Below, in pieces: positions 40,860 through 53,006 of a stretch of 64,000 bases of DNA. The stretch's first letter is position 1. Every line of letters begins with the position of its first letter. The notes under the pieces are model-generated. The model ran no database searches and had not been told where the DNA came from. It saw only the letters and a program-made list of their open reading frames with translations. The DNA comes from the human T2T-CHM13v2.0 reference genome, Homo sapiens. The stretch lies in assembly GCF_009914755.1 (NCBI RefSeq), contig NC_060938.1. One strand, 5' to 3'. The position numbers and the translations under genes were made by a program.

Positions 40860-42120
40860 CCTTGGAAAAGTGAGATTGGTTCAGGAAATATATAAGATGA
40901 GCCTGGAATAAATTGTAGTGCCAGAAAGTGTGCTAAAAAAAGAATTGCGCAATGATGAAAGTATGCAAGACACAGAAGCCAGTGGAAAGTTTTTCAATAG
41001 GCAAAGCTCTAAAAATTTAAGCAACAAAATAAAGTAGCATTGAATTATACTGATATAAATAAGTGATTAAATAAATAAATAGGGGCAGAAGAGGCAAATA
41101 CATGATGCATATGAGTTTCAGACAATTTATGTAAATATTCTACCCATAAGTAGGTGGACCATAGCTCCCGGCTCCTCAAGGACAGGGTGTGCACAGGGAC
41201 TTTCCTTCTAAAGAGTGCAGTATTAAAAAGTAGGGAAAAAAATAACTTCATAATGGGAAAACCTGTCAAACACTACTTCAGCCAGGTGATCAAGGTCAGC
41301 ATCAGCAGTCGTAAGTTATGTAGATAGTAGGTACCCCTCATATGATGTGATAAAGAGGGCATTTTACTTTCCTGGTCTTCCTCCCCAAATCTCATAACCT
41401 CAATCTTTCCACAGGAAGACATTAGACCAATCTCAATTGAGGGACAGTCTACAAAATACTTGAAAACTACTCTTCAAAACTGTTAAGGTCATCAAAAACA
41501 AGGAAAGTCAGCCAGGAGTGGTGGCTCACACCTGTAATCCCAGCATTTTGGGAGGTCAAGGCAGATGGGATCACCTGAGGTGAGGAGTTCAAGACCAGTC
41601 TGGCCAACATGGTGAAACCTTGTCTCTACTAAAAATACAAAAATTAGCCAGGCCTGGTGGCGTGTGCCTGTAATCCCCAGCTACTCAGGAGGCTGAGGCA
41701 GGGGAATTGGAGGTTGCAGTGAGCTGCGATAGTTCCACTGCACTCCAATCTGAGCGACAGAGTGAAACTCCATCTCAAAAAACAAACAAACAAAAAAAAA
41801 AAAAAACAAAAAACAAGGAAAGTCTTAGAAACTTGCACAGCCAAGAGGAGTCTAAGAAAAATGAAAACTAAATGTAATGTAGTGTCCTGGATGGAATCCT
41901 TGAGTAGAAAAAGGATATTAGGTAAAATGCAAGAAAATCTTAATGAAGCATGGCCTTTAATTAATAATCATATAACAATATTGGTTTATTAATATATCAT
42001 ACTAATGCAAAGTGTTAATAATAGGGAAAACTGAGTGTGGGGCATGGAGGAATTTCTGACCACATATGCAATTTTTCTGTAAATCTAAAACTGTTATAAA
42101 ATTAAAAATATATCCAAAAT
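40860..42120 (+). mobile_element. Old L1 (L1MC/L1MD-like) 3' UTR
   Basis: Motifs gatgagcctggaata, agccaggtgatcaaggtcagcatc, actaaatgtaatgtagtgtcctggatgg and tttctgtaaatctaaaactg. Confidence 0.75.
41510..41808 (+). mobile_element. Alu SINE (AluSx/Sz-like) with a right-arm deletion
   Basis: 16-bp TSD aaaaacaaggaaagtc at 41494-41509 and 41809-41824. Confidence 0.93.
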
Positions 42121-42602
42121 TCCACAGAGGAAAAAATTGTTATCAATAGATGATGTCCAAAGTGATCAATCAAGAATTAGCAATATAAACATGCTAAGCA
42201 TGAGAAGATAAATGTCAGAAGAAACCGGTGAAGAAGTTAATCCTACTTTATATATAAACATTTGCATATATTTATTTGACAAAAATAAAATATTAATTTA
42301 AAAATGTTCTCTAACAGTTTATTTAGGTCTGCTGCTTTTCTTTGGAGCTTTGATAACTTTCTCTGTTTCTTCTACGGACATTAAGTCCTTTACATTTTCT
42401 CTCTTCTGCACTGGGTTTAATAAATGATATTTTCCTGAGAAATTATCTACTTTATTCAGGTTTTCATGTATATTTGACTAGAGTCCAGAAATTCCTGCTT
42501 TATGAATGTTGCTAACATGCCATTTTGCATAGATATTGAGAATGGTTATATCTTTATTATGAATGGTAATCTTTAGCATCATAAAAGGCAAAAACTTTCC
42601 AA

Positions 42603-42666
42603 GTATTCTGGTTATTTATAACTATGTAAAAACCACTCAAGCTTTAGAATTGTAAGACAGCAAACA

Positions 42667-42708
<42 letters not shown>

Positions 42709-43271
42709 AAATCTCTCATGGGTCTGGGTTTGACAAGGATCTGCTGGGTAGTTCTCATTCAGGGTATCTCTTCTTATTGAAGGCAGAGAGTGGTTTGGGC
42801 TGCTAGCATTTCTCCCATTCCAGAGGTTGCCATATTAAAAGTAGAGAACAGCCTGCAACAGACACCGAACCTGCAAGCAAGTTGATCTTAGACTTCCCAG
42901 ACTCCAGAAGGGGGATAGAGTCATCTCAAAAGCTTCTTTATTCATGACTGGCAGTGGATGACAAAAGTTGGCTGGACCTCACCTGGAGGTCTCAGTGAGA
43001 ACACCTGCACATTGCGTCTACATGTGGCTTGGGCTTCCTCAGTGCATGGCATGTGGGTTCCAAGATTAGGGGTCCCAAGAAACAGCCAAGCAGAAACTAT
43101 ATTTCCCTTCATGAATTTCCTTCAACAGTCTCCCAGAATCCTTTTTTCCTAAATTTTTCACAGGAAGTAAGTTACGAAGAGTAGACTGTATTAGATGAGT
43201 CAGCTATTGGGCTTCATATCTTGATGGAAGAAGTATCAAGTGCTTTACAGACATGCTTTAAATCTACCACA
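42603..43271 (-). mobile_element. Old MLT1 solo LTR containing (ATT)n (42671-42707) and a foreign 106-bp insert (42805-42910)
   Basis: Reverse MLT1 motifs (gctgggtagttctca; catgtggcttgggcttcctca; cttgatggaagaagtatcaa...ctaccaca). Confidence 0.65.
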
Positions 43272-43559
43272 GCAAAACCTGCTTTATCTTAACTTATGTT
43301 TCTCTGGTATACTTTTGCCTAATCTTCTGATTTTGACCTTTCTAAATCAGGTTTAGTGATAAATACCCCTCAAAATTATGTGATGGAACTTGAGATAGAG
43401 GAAATAATACCAGATGGAGGGCTGCATGGCAAGGATACTGTGCTACTCTGGGGCCCATGGGACCTGGGGAAGAAAGAACTTTCCAGGAAAGTAATATTAA
43501 GCTGACATTTTAGAGATGAATAGGAGTTAACAGATGCAGGAGTTGAGAGTGGGGAGGGC

Positions 43560-44347
43560 TGTCATATAAATGGGTTTCTTCCAAAATCCAGATGTTGAAA
43601 CTTAATGACCAATATAATGGTATTAAGAGGTAGGACTTTTAAGTGGTGATTAGGTCTTTAGGGCTTCTCCCCTAATGAATGAGATTAATGCCTGTATAAA
43701 AGAGGCTTCATGCAGCCTTCTGCTGGCTTGCCTTTCTACTTTCTCTAACATGAGGATGCAGCATTTCTCCCCTTCCAAAGGGCACCATATTGAAAGTGGA
43801 GAGCAGCTATATTCGTCCTCTTTCTCACACTGCTACAAAGAAATACCCGAGATACTTGAGACTGGGTAATTTATGAAGAGAAGAGGTTTAATTGACTCAC
43901 AGTTCCATATGGCTGGAGAGTCCTCAGGAAACTTACCATCATAGTGGAAGGCAAAGAAGCAAGTAACTTCTTCACAAGGCAGCAGGAGAGGGAATGAGAG
44001 CACAGGAAAAACTATCATTTATAAAAACCATCAGATCTCATGAGAACTTACTCACTATCACGAGAACAGCATGAGGGAAATCTGCCTCCATAATCCAATC
44101 ACTTCCCTCCCTTGACATGTGAGGATTATAGGTACCTCCCTTGGCACATGAGGATTAGAATTCAAGATGAGATTTGGGTGGGGACACAGAGCCAAACCAT
44201 ATGAGCAGCCTTCACCAGACACCAAATCTGCAAGTGACTTGATCTTGGACTTTCCAGCCTCTAGAAGTGTTTGAAATACATTTCTTTTCTTTATAAATTA
44301 CCTAGTCTCAGGTATATTCTTACAGCAGCACAAAACAGACTAAGACT
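43560..44347 (+). mobile_element. MaLR solo LTR (MSTC/MSTD-like), interrupted by a younger LTR
   Basis: TG start, 3' end ataaattacctagtctcaggtatattcttacagcagcacaaaacagactaagac, flanked by (g)agggc on both sides. Confidence 0.85.
43808..44204 (-). mobile_element. THE1/MSTA MaLR solo LTR nested in an older MST LTR
   Basis: 5-bp TSD GCAGC at 43803-43807 and 44205-44209. Ends gggacacagagccaaaccatatga. Confidence 0.92.
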
Positions 44348-45005
44348 GAGGGCAAAGGAGGATGGAGAACTGTAAGCAGAGTACACAGAATGTATGACTG
44401 TCTAGAGGCCCATCGGAATAACAAAGTATGGGTGTGCAGGAGTGGGAGAGTGCACTAAAGAGGGAGGTGTTTAGATTTTTGTCTCAAGAGCAATAAGGAG
44501 CTAGGGAGAGATTTTAAGAGAGGATAAATATGATTGTAAATGCAAGGGAATGGGCACATTGTTCCAATATGGTATTTCCTCCTGGTGATGGGAACTAAAT
44601 TCATATTTATATGTTCCATCTTATGAGTAAGTACCTACACATAGCTAGGGACTATAATAAAATAAGACGCAGTCCACTGCAGTTACTGATGGAAACTCAA
44701 AGGAGGGGAAAGTGATCACTAATCTCCTTCCAATTGGTGATCCAAAGAGGAATGTTTCCTATCTGTATGACCATTGTAGCTGACAATAGAACTAGGTTAT
44801 TTTGCTGAGATCAGGGTTCCCTCTGACCACAGTGATCTCTCAAATCCTCTGATCAGACTTCTCTGCTATAATAAGGTGACAGGCAAAGGTGACATAATGA
44901 AAATTAGATAACATTAATTTAATGCTTACTATTTGCCAATGTTTATCATCATTAACATTGATTATCATGTTAAATCTTTACAACTACCTTCTAAGAGAGG
45001 TACTT

Positions 45006-45358
45006 GTTTTCATCAGTTCAGGCTGCTGTAACAGAATACCATAAACTGGGTGGCTTATAAAAACACACATCAATTTCCCACAGTTCTGGAGACTGGAGAG
45101 TCCAAGATCGAGGTGCTGGCAGATTCACTGTCTAGTGAATGTTTCTTTTCTGTTTCATAGATGGAACCTTCTCCCTGTTTTCTCACATGGCAGAAGGGGC
45201 AAATGAGCTCTCTAGGGTCTCTTTCCCTCTCTAGGGCCACTAATCCCATTTTCAAGGTTCCACCCTTGCAAAGACCTCCACCTCCTAATGCCATCACATT
45301 AGGGGTTAGGATTTCAACATACAAATTTTAGAGAAATGTAAATGTTTAGTTTATAGCA
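45006..45358 (-). mobile_element. MaLR solo LTR (MLT1A-like) nested in a MIR
   Basis: ggctgctgtaacagaataccataaactgggtggcttataa...gttctggagactggagagtccaagatc. Confidence 0.85.
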
Positions 45359-45415
45359 GTATTCTTATTATTCTCCCATTTTACACATAGAAAGCTGAAG
45401 CTCAAAATAAGCAAG

Positions 45416-45830
45416 TTGTCAAGAACTGTGAAACAGCTAACAAGTGAGCCTGTCGCAGTTTCATGGATGCTGGCGGAAGACACAAGCTTCCTGGGTCAGA
45501 GATACAGAACAGTTTTTTAATCACAGTTATAGAAGTAGCCAGAGCATCAGTATTTCTTGCACCTTCCCCATAAGCTCCAATTCTCACAGGATGACACAAA
45601 GAGAGCCAAGTGACACCTTCATATGCAATTCCCTGTATTACAAGAGAGGATCTCTGAGCTTAGGAAACCCAAATGTTTTATAATTAACAGTAAGGCTGCT
45701 AGCTCTTTCCTCTAGAGGGAAACACTATCCTATAAACAACTTTAGATAGATAGACCTGAACAAGGAGCAGTCAGTGCCTTATTCATAAGATGTGCAGAAA
45801 CACAAGAAACACATAACCTTTTCCAATATA
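45416..45830 (-). mobile_element. Old ERV solo LTR (MER-series, family not determined)
   Basis: tgtcaagaactgtgaa...gctaacaagtgagcctg...gtttcatggatgctggcggaagacacaag. It interrupts a MIR. Confidence 0.6.
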
Positions 45831-47370
45831 AGGCATGTATCTAAGGTCATGAATGGCAAGATTGGACCCAAATTGGGATACTGTAGAGCCCACATGCTAA
45901 CCACCAGGCTCTGCTTTCTCCCAAGCTCTCAGGGCACCTGAAAGATGAGGGTGGCTAAGAGAGGACTCATGCAAAGTCAGCGGCTCTCTGGGGCCATTGG
46001 TGTCTTGGGCTATGCATCTAACCTGCCTCTCATTACCCCAGGGGCAGAGGGTCTGCTGCAATTAGCAGGCCAGAGACAGGAGTTTGGGAGTGAACTGGGC
46101 TATGAAGGAATAGAAATTGAGACCCAGAAGAACGAAGGCAAGGCATGGTGACAGGGAGCAGAGAGTGGGAGTGAAGACAGGGCTGGGAAACCCTTCTGCT
46201 GGAGTCCTTCCCCTACATCTCAGTCCGAGCTGCATGGCTTGTGGAAGGCCCCTGGGTTTGAAGGGTCAGGTCTGAGAAGACCACTGTGAAATACAGGTGA
46301 AATACAGCTGATTAAAGGTGAAAGACCTGTCAGGCAAAGAGCATCATAGGATCTGCAGGTTTGGGAACTGAGGGCACAGCCTGACCCTGGCTGTCCATTC
46401 CTTCAATGGGTGAAATCTCGGCTCTGGTGACACTGGGTGCGGGTACAGCTCAGGAGGACCTTTCAATGGCTGGGGCTCAGTGTTTAACAAAGTTCTAATC
46501 TAGGTTAGGGCTCAATGCTGAGGGCTCTTTGGAATAAAATCATCTCTTTATTAATGAGATCCAACCCTATCTCTCTGATAGAAATGATGGGAAAAGGTGC
46601 CCCTTTGGTGCTATTCAAATGAAAGAGTGAGAACAGTGGGTGTTTTTAAAACTCTCTCCCTATCATAGGAGGATGGAGCTCATTAGTGAGGGGAATGATT
46701 TTGCTGGGGAAAGGCTGTTACAATAAGAAAACATAACCTACTCAAGATGAGCCAGATCCAAGTCAATTAGGCTGGGAAAAAGATGGTAGGGAGAGGGAGA
46801 GAGAGAGAGAGAGTGAGCTTCAAAAATACCACCTCTTTCCTTCCATTCATTTGAATAACAGCAAGGGGACACTTTAGTTTTTTAATCATTTTTTTAGTTG
46901 AATCACTCTGGATCTCATTAATATAGAAATGATTTCACTTAAAAGACCTGGTGTTAAATTCCTGTTCAACTGAGATTAACCAAATCAAACATGATTTGAC
47001 CAAAAAAGAAAAGTCTAAAGTATTCTATCTATTGCTAATACATTACAATCTGACTTTAAACTTATAAAAAGGATACACATGATATTTTTCATTCAGCTCC
47101 TTTTGATGTATCTGGAATACATTTTCCTAGGTAAACTGGTATTGAAATTCACAATGAAATGTGGTTAGCCACTTGAAGTTACTGAAAAAGAAGGGATTCA
47201 AATAATTTACATATGTGTGAGAAGGGGATCTGGCACATAATGTAAACCATAGAGGAAGAATATCTTCCACTGGGGACATATTTTCCTGGACTATTCCAGG
47301 AATCTTCATTTCATTAACCTTGCCGGGCCACAATTACTTTATGCTGTCAGGTGAATACTCTGAATCTGAA

Positions 47371-47623
47371 AGTGGCTCAACCTCAGCACTATTGACATTT
47401 GGGGCCCAAATGCATGGAACCCTTTGCTGTGGGGCCTGTCCTGGGCATTACAGGATGTTTAGCAGTATCCCCGACCTCCACCCATTAGGTGCTAGTAGCA
47501 GCACCCACCCAATGTGACAACCAAAAATGTCTCCAGACTGCAAAATATCCTCAGGATTGGGGGCAAAACTGCTTCCCCACCCCCGGGGACATCACCCCCC
47601 GCCCCACCTCATTGATAACCATG
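47371..47623. mobile_element. MER20 hAT-Charlie MITE
   Basis: ctcaacctcagcactattgacatttgggg...caggatgtttagcagtatccc...gtgacaaccaaaaatgtctccagac. Confidence 0.88.
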
Positions 47624-48550
47624 CTTTGAAGGTCATCTTGGCAAGGAAGCTAGAAGCTAAAGGAAGCACAGTGCATAGAACAATACATGTGCCTGGGTGC
47701 AACTGATGGTCCTAACTTTGTTCCAGAAGTTCCTCTGGAGAACCTTGACTTGCCTCCTTGCCTCCAACCTGCATGCTGCTCTAGTTTGCTTTCTACTCTC
47801 CCTCCATGGTAATTTTACTAAAGGGCTCTTTTCACCTCACCTTTGCTGGGTACCTCTGGGCAGGAAGTGGGGGTGGCATTCTGAGGTCACTCACTCTCTG
47901 AAAAACAACCAGGTGTGGCAAAGAACAGAGCCTTTAAAAACAGCCATGGCAGAGTTGGAGTCTCGGCTCTTTCATTTCCTAGATAGAAAGTCTTAGACGA
48001 ATGCTTAACCTGCTTGAGAGTAAATAAAGCTGTTACCACAGATATACCCAAGGCAAAGAGACAGAGAGAAAGAAGAGAAGTAGCCTAGCTTCTCCCTTCC
48101 ACCTGCTGCCAGGTCGCTTGCCCAGGGCTGTCAATGGCCACATTCAGGTGGAAAGCAGCTGACCAGTGTAAAACCTGGAGAAGAACCAGCAAAAGTCAAC
48201 CCTCCCAGAGAGAGAGCTCAATGAGGCCCAAGCGAGGACTGGGTGTGAACACAAAGTGGGCCTAGAACCAGTGCCAACATCCAACAACAGGGATATGTGC
48301 TCGTTTTACAATTTTGTCTTTTTATAGTGGTTTCCCTGACTCTTCTGAGTTACGAACTGCTGTTGATAGTTGAGTCCAATACACCATCAGGAACAAACCA
48401 TGGTAGTCACAGCATTATTAGTTACTGGATGTTCTGAGCCAACTAGAACCAGAACCAGATTCAAGAGAGCCTTGGACACATCCTCGTATGATTCCACTGG
48501 AAGAGCTTCCTGGGATGGAGAAGGGACCCTGCTGACATAAGGCTCTAAGG

Positions 48551-48767
48551 CAGGGATGGGCAAACTTTCTCTGTACAGGGCTAGCTAGAAATACAAGGCT
48601 CTGCCAGCCATACTATAGCTGCTGCAACTACTCAGTTCTACTCTCGTAACGCAAAAGTAGCTGTAGACAGTACCCAACCAAATGGATGTAGTTCTGTTCC
48701 AATAAAACTTTATTTACAAAAACAATGGGCTGGACTTGGCCCGATGGATGTAGTATGGCCATCCCTG
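48551..48767. mobile_element. MER58A hAT-Charlie MITE
   Basis: TIRs cagggatgg / ccatccctg, degenerate 8-bp TSD ctctaagg/ctctgtgg, and internal gttccaataaaactttatttacaaaaaca. Confidence 0.88.
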
Positions 48768-49806
48768 CTCTGTGGGGCTAAACAATGTAGTCCTACGGCT
48801 CCAAAGATAGCAGCTTAATTGGATTGTCTTGCTTGCATGAAATCACTTATTTGGAGCCATTATTTAAGGGAAGGTAAGTTCCAGTTTATAAAATACTTTT
48901 TGTTCAATGGTTTATGTTTAGTGTAAATGTAGAGTTATATTATTCACAGTTAAAAATACAGCACTGATCAGGAGATTATTAAAAATGATTTAAATGGAGA
49001 GACAGACCTAATTGCACAGGAAAAAAAATAATTTTCCACAGGGTATATACTTCTTCTCTTGTAGAAAAGCACGCCAGTTTCCTTGGCAAATTCACAGCCC
49101 GGCACTCCGACGTTCTTAGCATTCATGCACGCTACCAATGGATTTACAATTGCAAATCAGCCCTGTATGGGAGCTGGTGATATGTTAGACTGTGTTTATT
49201 ACATCTCTTGTGTGCCTGTACACTCGTGTGATGCTCACTCTTTCTCCTCCCAGAACAATTAGCAATGGGTCGACCTCCTATTGTTGTATTAGCGTAGGGT
49301 CTGTAATGTGGGAAGGAACTGGGCTTCTTCTCACTCTCCCTCCACAGTATCCCCTGTCTTTCCAGCTAGCAAGCAGCTTTCTCTCACAGGAACACAAGAA
49401 GAGCAGCTTTCTTTTAGATCTGTCTCCACCTAGGATGTTTAAGGAGCTCTAAATCAGTGCACCATGCACCAGCTGGTCTGAGAAGGTACACGGAATCCAC
49501 AGCCATGTTCCCATCTCTGCTTGCATAATGCCTGTCCTGCAGCTCCTCCCACACCCCTGCCAGCAATCAGCATTCAATTCCCTTTATCTCCTGTCCTCTG
49601 GGGCCCATCTCAGCTTTCCCTTTAAAGATTCAAGTTGGGTTGGCTGCCCTGACTTTGCCTTATTCAGGATGAGCGATACAGCTTGGAGGGTGGGGTGTGG
49701 GTTTTGGTCTCAGACAGATCCAGTTTCCAATCCCAGCTCACTGTGTGACTTTAGGCAAAATACGCTACCTCAGTTTCCTCATTAGTAAAATGGGAGTAAT
49801 GACACC

Positions 49807-50150
49807 TGTTATAAGCTGAATTGTGCCCCTGCCTCTCAATTCATATGTTGAAGAAGATGACCTTAGAGTGTGCCTGTATTTGTAGATAGGGCCTTAAAGA
49901 TGTAATTAGGTTAGAATGAGGTCCTCAGAGTGGGCCCTAGGTCAACCTCACTTGAAGACATGTGAGGACATGAAGACTTGAAAACCATGTGAAGACACAG
50001 ACAAAAACACAGCCATCTACCACCCAAGGAGAGAGACCTCAGAAAAAAATCAACCTTGCTGACACCTTAATCTTGAACATTTAGACTTTGGAGCTACAAG
50101 AAAATCAATTTCCATTGTGTAAACCCCCCAGTCTGCTGTACCTTGTTATG
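49807..50150 (+). mobile_element. MaLR LTR (MLT1A/B-like), last ~20 bp missing
   Basis: tgttataagctgaattgtgcccc...gtatttgtagatagggcctt...ccagtctgctgtaccttgttatg. Confidence 0.82.
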
Positions 50151-50184
50151 AAGGTACCCTTATTATGAAGGTTCCCAATAAGAT

Positions 50185-50394
50185 TCAGTTTCTAGGATCT
50201 TATTGGGTAGTTGTTGCCCACAAGCTCAAGATGTTTCCTGTTTCTCAGGAATTTTTCCCCCAGTTGTGACCACTTACCTTATAATGCCTGAGGAGCCCAC
50301 CTGACAATCACAAGACAGTCATCTGGGAATCATCTGATCTTCTTCGGGGCCCTTTCTTGTCCTGCTCTTATCTGCCAATCTACCTATTATAACA
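50185..50394 (-). mobile_element. 5' part of an ERV1 MER4-group LTR (MER50/MER66/MER83-like)
   Basis: The minus strand begins TGTTATAATAGGTAGATTGGCAGATAAGAGCAGGACAAGAAAGGGCCCC, resembling recalled MER4-group LTR starts. It is truncated at a complex junction. Confidence 0.55.
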
Positions 50395-50421
50395 GTGGGA
50401 AGCAGGACCAAGCATGGTAAC

Positions 50422-50836
50422 TTTCACTCGTGTCCATGTGAAGAGACCACCAAACAGGCTTTGTGTGAGCAACAAGGCTGTTTATTTCACCTGGGTGCAG
50501 GCGGGCTGAGTCTGAAAAGAGAGTCAGCAAAGGGAGATAGGGGTGGGGCCATTTTATAGGATTTGGGTAGGTAAAGGAAAATTACAGTCAAAGGGGGTTG
50601 TTCTCTGGCGGGCAAGGGTGGGGGGGTCACAAGGTGCTCAGCGGGGGAGCTTTTGAGTCAGGATGAGCCAGGAGAAGGAATTTCACAAGGTAATGTCATC
50701 AGTTAAGGCAGGAACAGGTCATTTTCACTTCTTTTGTGGTGGAATGTCATCAGTTAAGGCAGGAACCAGCCATCTGGATGTGTATGTGCAGGTCACAGGA
50801 GATATGATGGCTTAGCTTGGGCTCAGAGGCCTGACA
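50422..50836 (-). mobile_element. HERV-H 3' LTR (LTR7), 415 bp
   Basis: Contains AATAAA (50481-50486, minus strand) and two copies of the U3 repeat core aatgtcatcagttaaggcaggaac. Confidence 0.97.
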
Positions 50837-50849
50837 TTCCTGTCTTCTT
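50837..50849 (-). other. Polypurine tract
   Basis: AAGAAGACAGGAA immediately upstream of the 3' LTR on the minus strand. Confidence 0.85.
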
Positions 50850-51829
50850 ATATTAATAAGAAAAATAAAATGAAATAGTTGTAAAGTGTTGGGGTAGCGA
50901 AAATTTTTTGGGGGTGGTATGGAGAGATAATGGGAGATGTTTCTCAGGGCTGCTTCAAGCGGGATTAGGGGTGATGTGGGAACCTAGAGTGGGAGAGATT
51001 AAGCTGAAGGAAGATTTTGTGGTAAGGGATGATATTGTGGGGTTGTTAGAAGAAACATTTGTTGTATAGCATTATTGTCGATGGCTTGGATACAGTTTTG
51101 TATGAATTGAAAAACTAAAAGGAATAAGAGAAGGAGAAAAACAGGTATTAAAGGACTAAGAATTGGGAGGACTCAGGACATCCAAACAGTAAGTGCCTAA
51201 GGAGGTTCAGCATAGCCCTGCCAGCAAAGATTATTTATTTACTTTAAGAGTGGCGGTTTGGGGAGAGCACCAGAAGATATCAGCTGTGATGGCTTGGAGA
51301 AACAGTGTAAACTGGCAGTGTAAACAAGAGCAGGGCATTTATGAGTAGTTGAGAACGGGAGAATGGTGAATAGGAGTATGACTAGACAGAAGATAGTACG
51401 GATGACAAGTTTTTTGGGGTGCAGTCTAAGTTGGTCTGGTGTCTGGAATGAGACTGGGGCCTAATAAAAAGGAGCATCCATACAGGAGCTCAAATGGGCT
51501 GTACCCTGCAGCACTCCAAGGACAGGCTGGAATTCTGAGAAGGGAAAGTGGTAAAAGTATTGTTTAGTCCTTTTTAAGTTCGTGGCTGAGCTCGGTGAGG
51601 TGTGTTTTTAAAAGACCATTAGTTCACTGAATACCAAGAACCTGAGAAACTGCTTGGGTGATTTGACTAATAAAACCTGGTCCGTTATCAGACTGTATAG
51701 AGGTGGGAAGGCCAAACCGAGGAATTATGTCTGACAGAAGGGAGGAAATGACCGCGGTGGCCTTCTCAGACCCTGTGGGAAAGGCCTCTACCTATCCAGT
51801 GAAAGTGTCTACCTAGACCAAGAGGTATT

Positions 51830-52563
51830 TTAGTTTCCTGACTTGAGGCATGTGAGTAAAGTCAATTTTCCAGTCCTGGGCAGGGACAAATCCCCGAGCT
51901 TGCTGTGTAGGGAAGGGAGGGGGCCTGAGAAATTCTTGAGGAGTAGTAGAATAGCAGATGGAACACTGATTTCCTTGAGGATAGATTTCCACGATGGAAA
52001 GGAAATGAGAGGTTCTAAGAGGCAGGCTAGTGGCTTGTAACCTACATGGAAGAGGTTATGAAATGACGACAGAATAGAATTGGCCTGTGAGGCTGGAAGG
52101 AGATATTTTCCTTGGTCCAAGAACCATTTGCCTTGTGTGGGAAGAGATTGATGGTGGAAGTTTCAGTGGGGAAGTAAGTGGGAGTGGCCAGATGAGAAGG
52201 AGAAAAACTGCCGTGAGGGATAGAAGTTGGAATGCTAGCTGCTTTTTTAGCTACCTTATCAGCATAAGCATTGTCTCGAGCAATGGGATCTGATGCCTTT
52301 TGCTGGCCTTTGCAGTGAATGACTCCAGCTTCCTTTAGAAGTAAAGTGGCTTTGAGAAGCATTTTTATTAAAGAGGCATTAATGATGGAGGACACTTGCA
52401 TAGTAAGGAAATTTTTTTCAGCCCATATAAAAGCATGGTGGTGCAGGATATGGAAGGCATGTTTAGAGTCAGTATAAATATTGATGTGTAGTCCCTTTGC
52501 AAGAGTGAGGGCCCAAGTTAAGGCAATGAGTTCAGCTTGCTGAGAGGTAGTGGAGGGGGGCAT
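51830..52563 (-). pseudogene. pol: HERV-H pol remnant: RNase H and integrase N-terminal region, frameshifted
   Basis: SQQAELIAL...INIYTDSKHAF...VIHCKG...NAYADKVAK (RNase H), then SFHNLFHVG in another frame. Confidence 0.9.
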
Positions 52564-53006
52564 AGTGATAGCCTCAATGATAGGTGTGGAAGATACTATA
52601 GCATAGCCTGCCTTTGCTGGTGAGTGGTGATTAGGCCTGGTGGAACTGCCGTCAATAAACCAAGTGTGTTCAGGGCGAGGAACAGGAAAGAAGGAAATAT
52701 GGGGAAATGGGGTGAATGTCAGGTGGATCAGAGAGATACAGTCACAGGGGTCATGTGTGGTATCCAGAATAATGTGGGAGGATGGATAGAAGTCCAGTCC
52801 AGGAACAATGGTAACTGTGGGAGACTCAACAAAGAGTGAGTACAGCTGAAGGAGCCAGGGAGCAGAAAGTATTATGTCAGGTGTGAGGAAGAAAATAGAT
52901 TTTGGAAGTTATGAGAACTGTAGAGAGTGAGTTGAGCATAGTTTGTGATTTTTAGGGCCTCTAAAAGTATTAAAGCAGTGGCAGCCAATGCACGCAGACA
53001 CTACGG

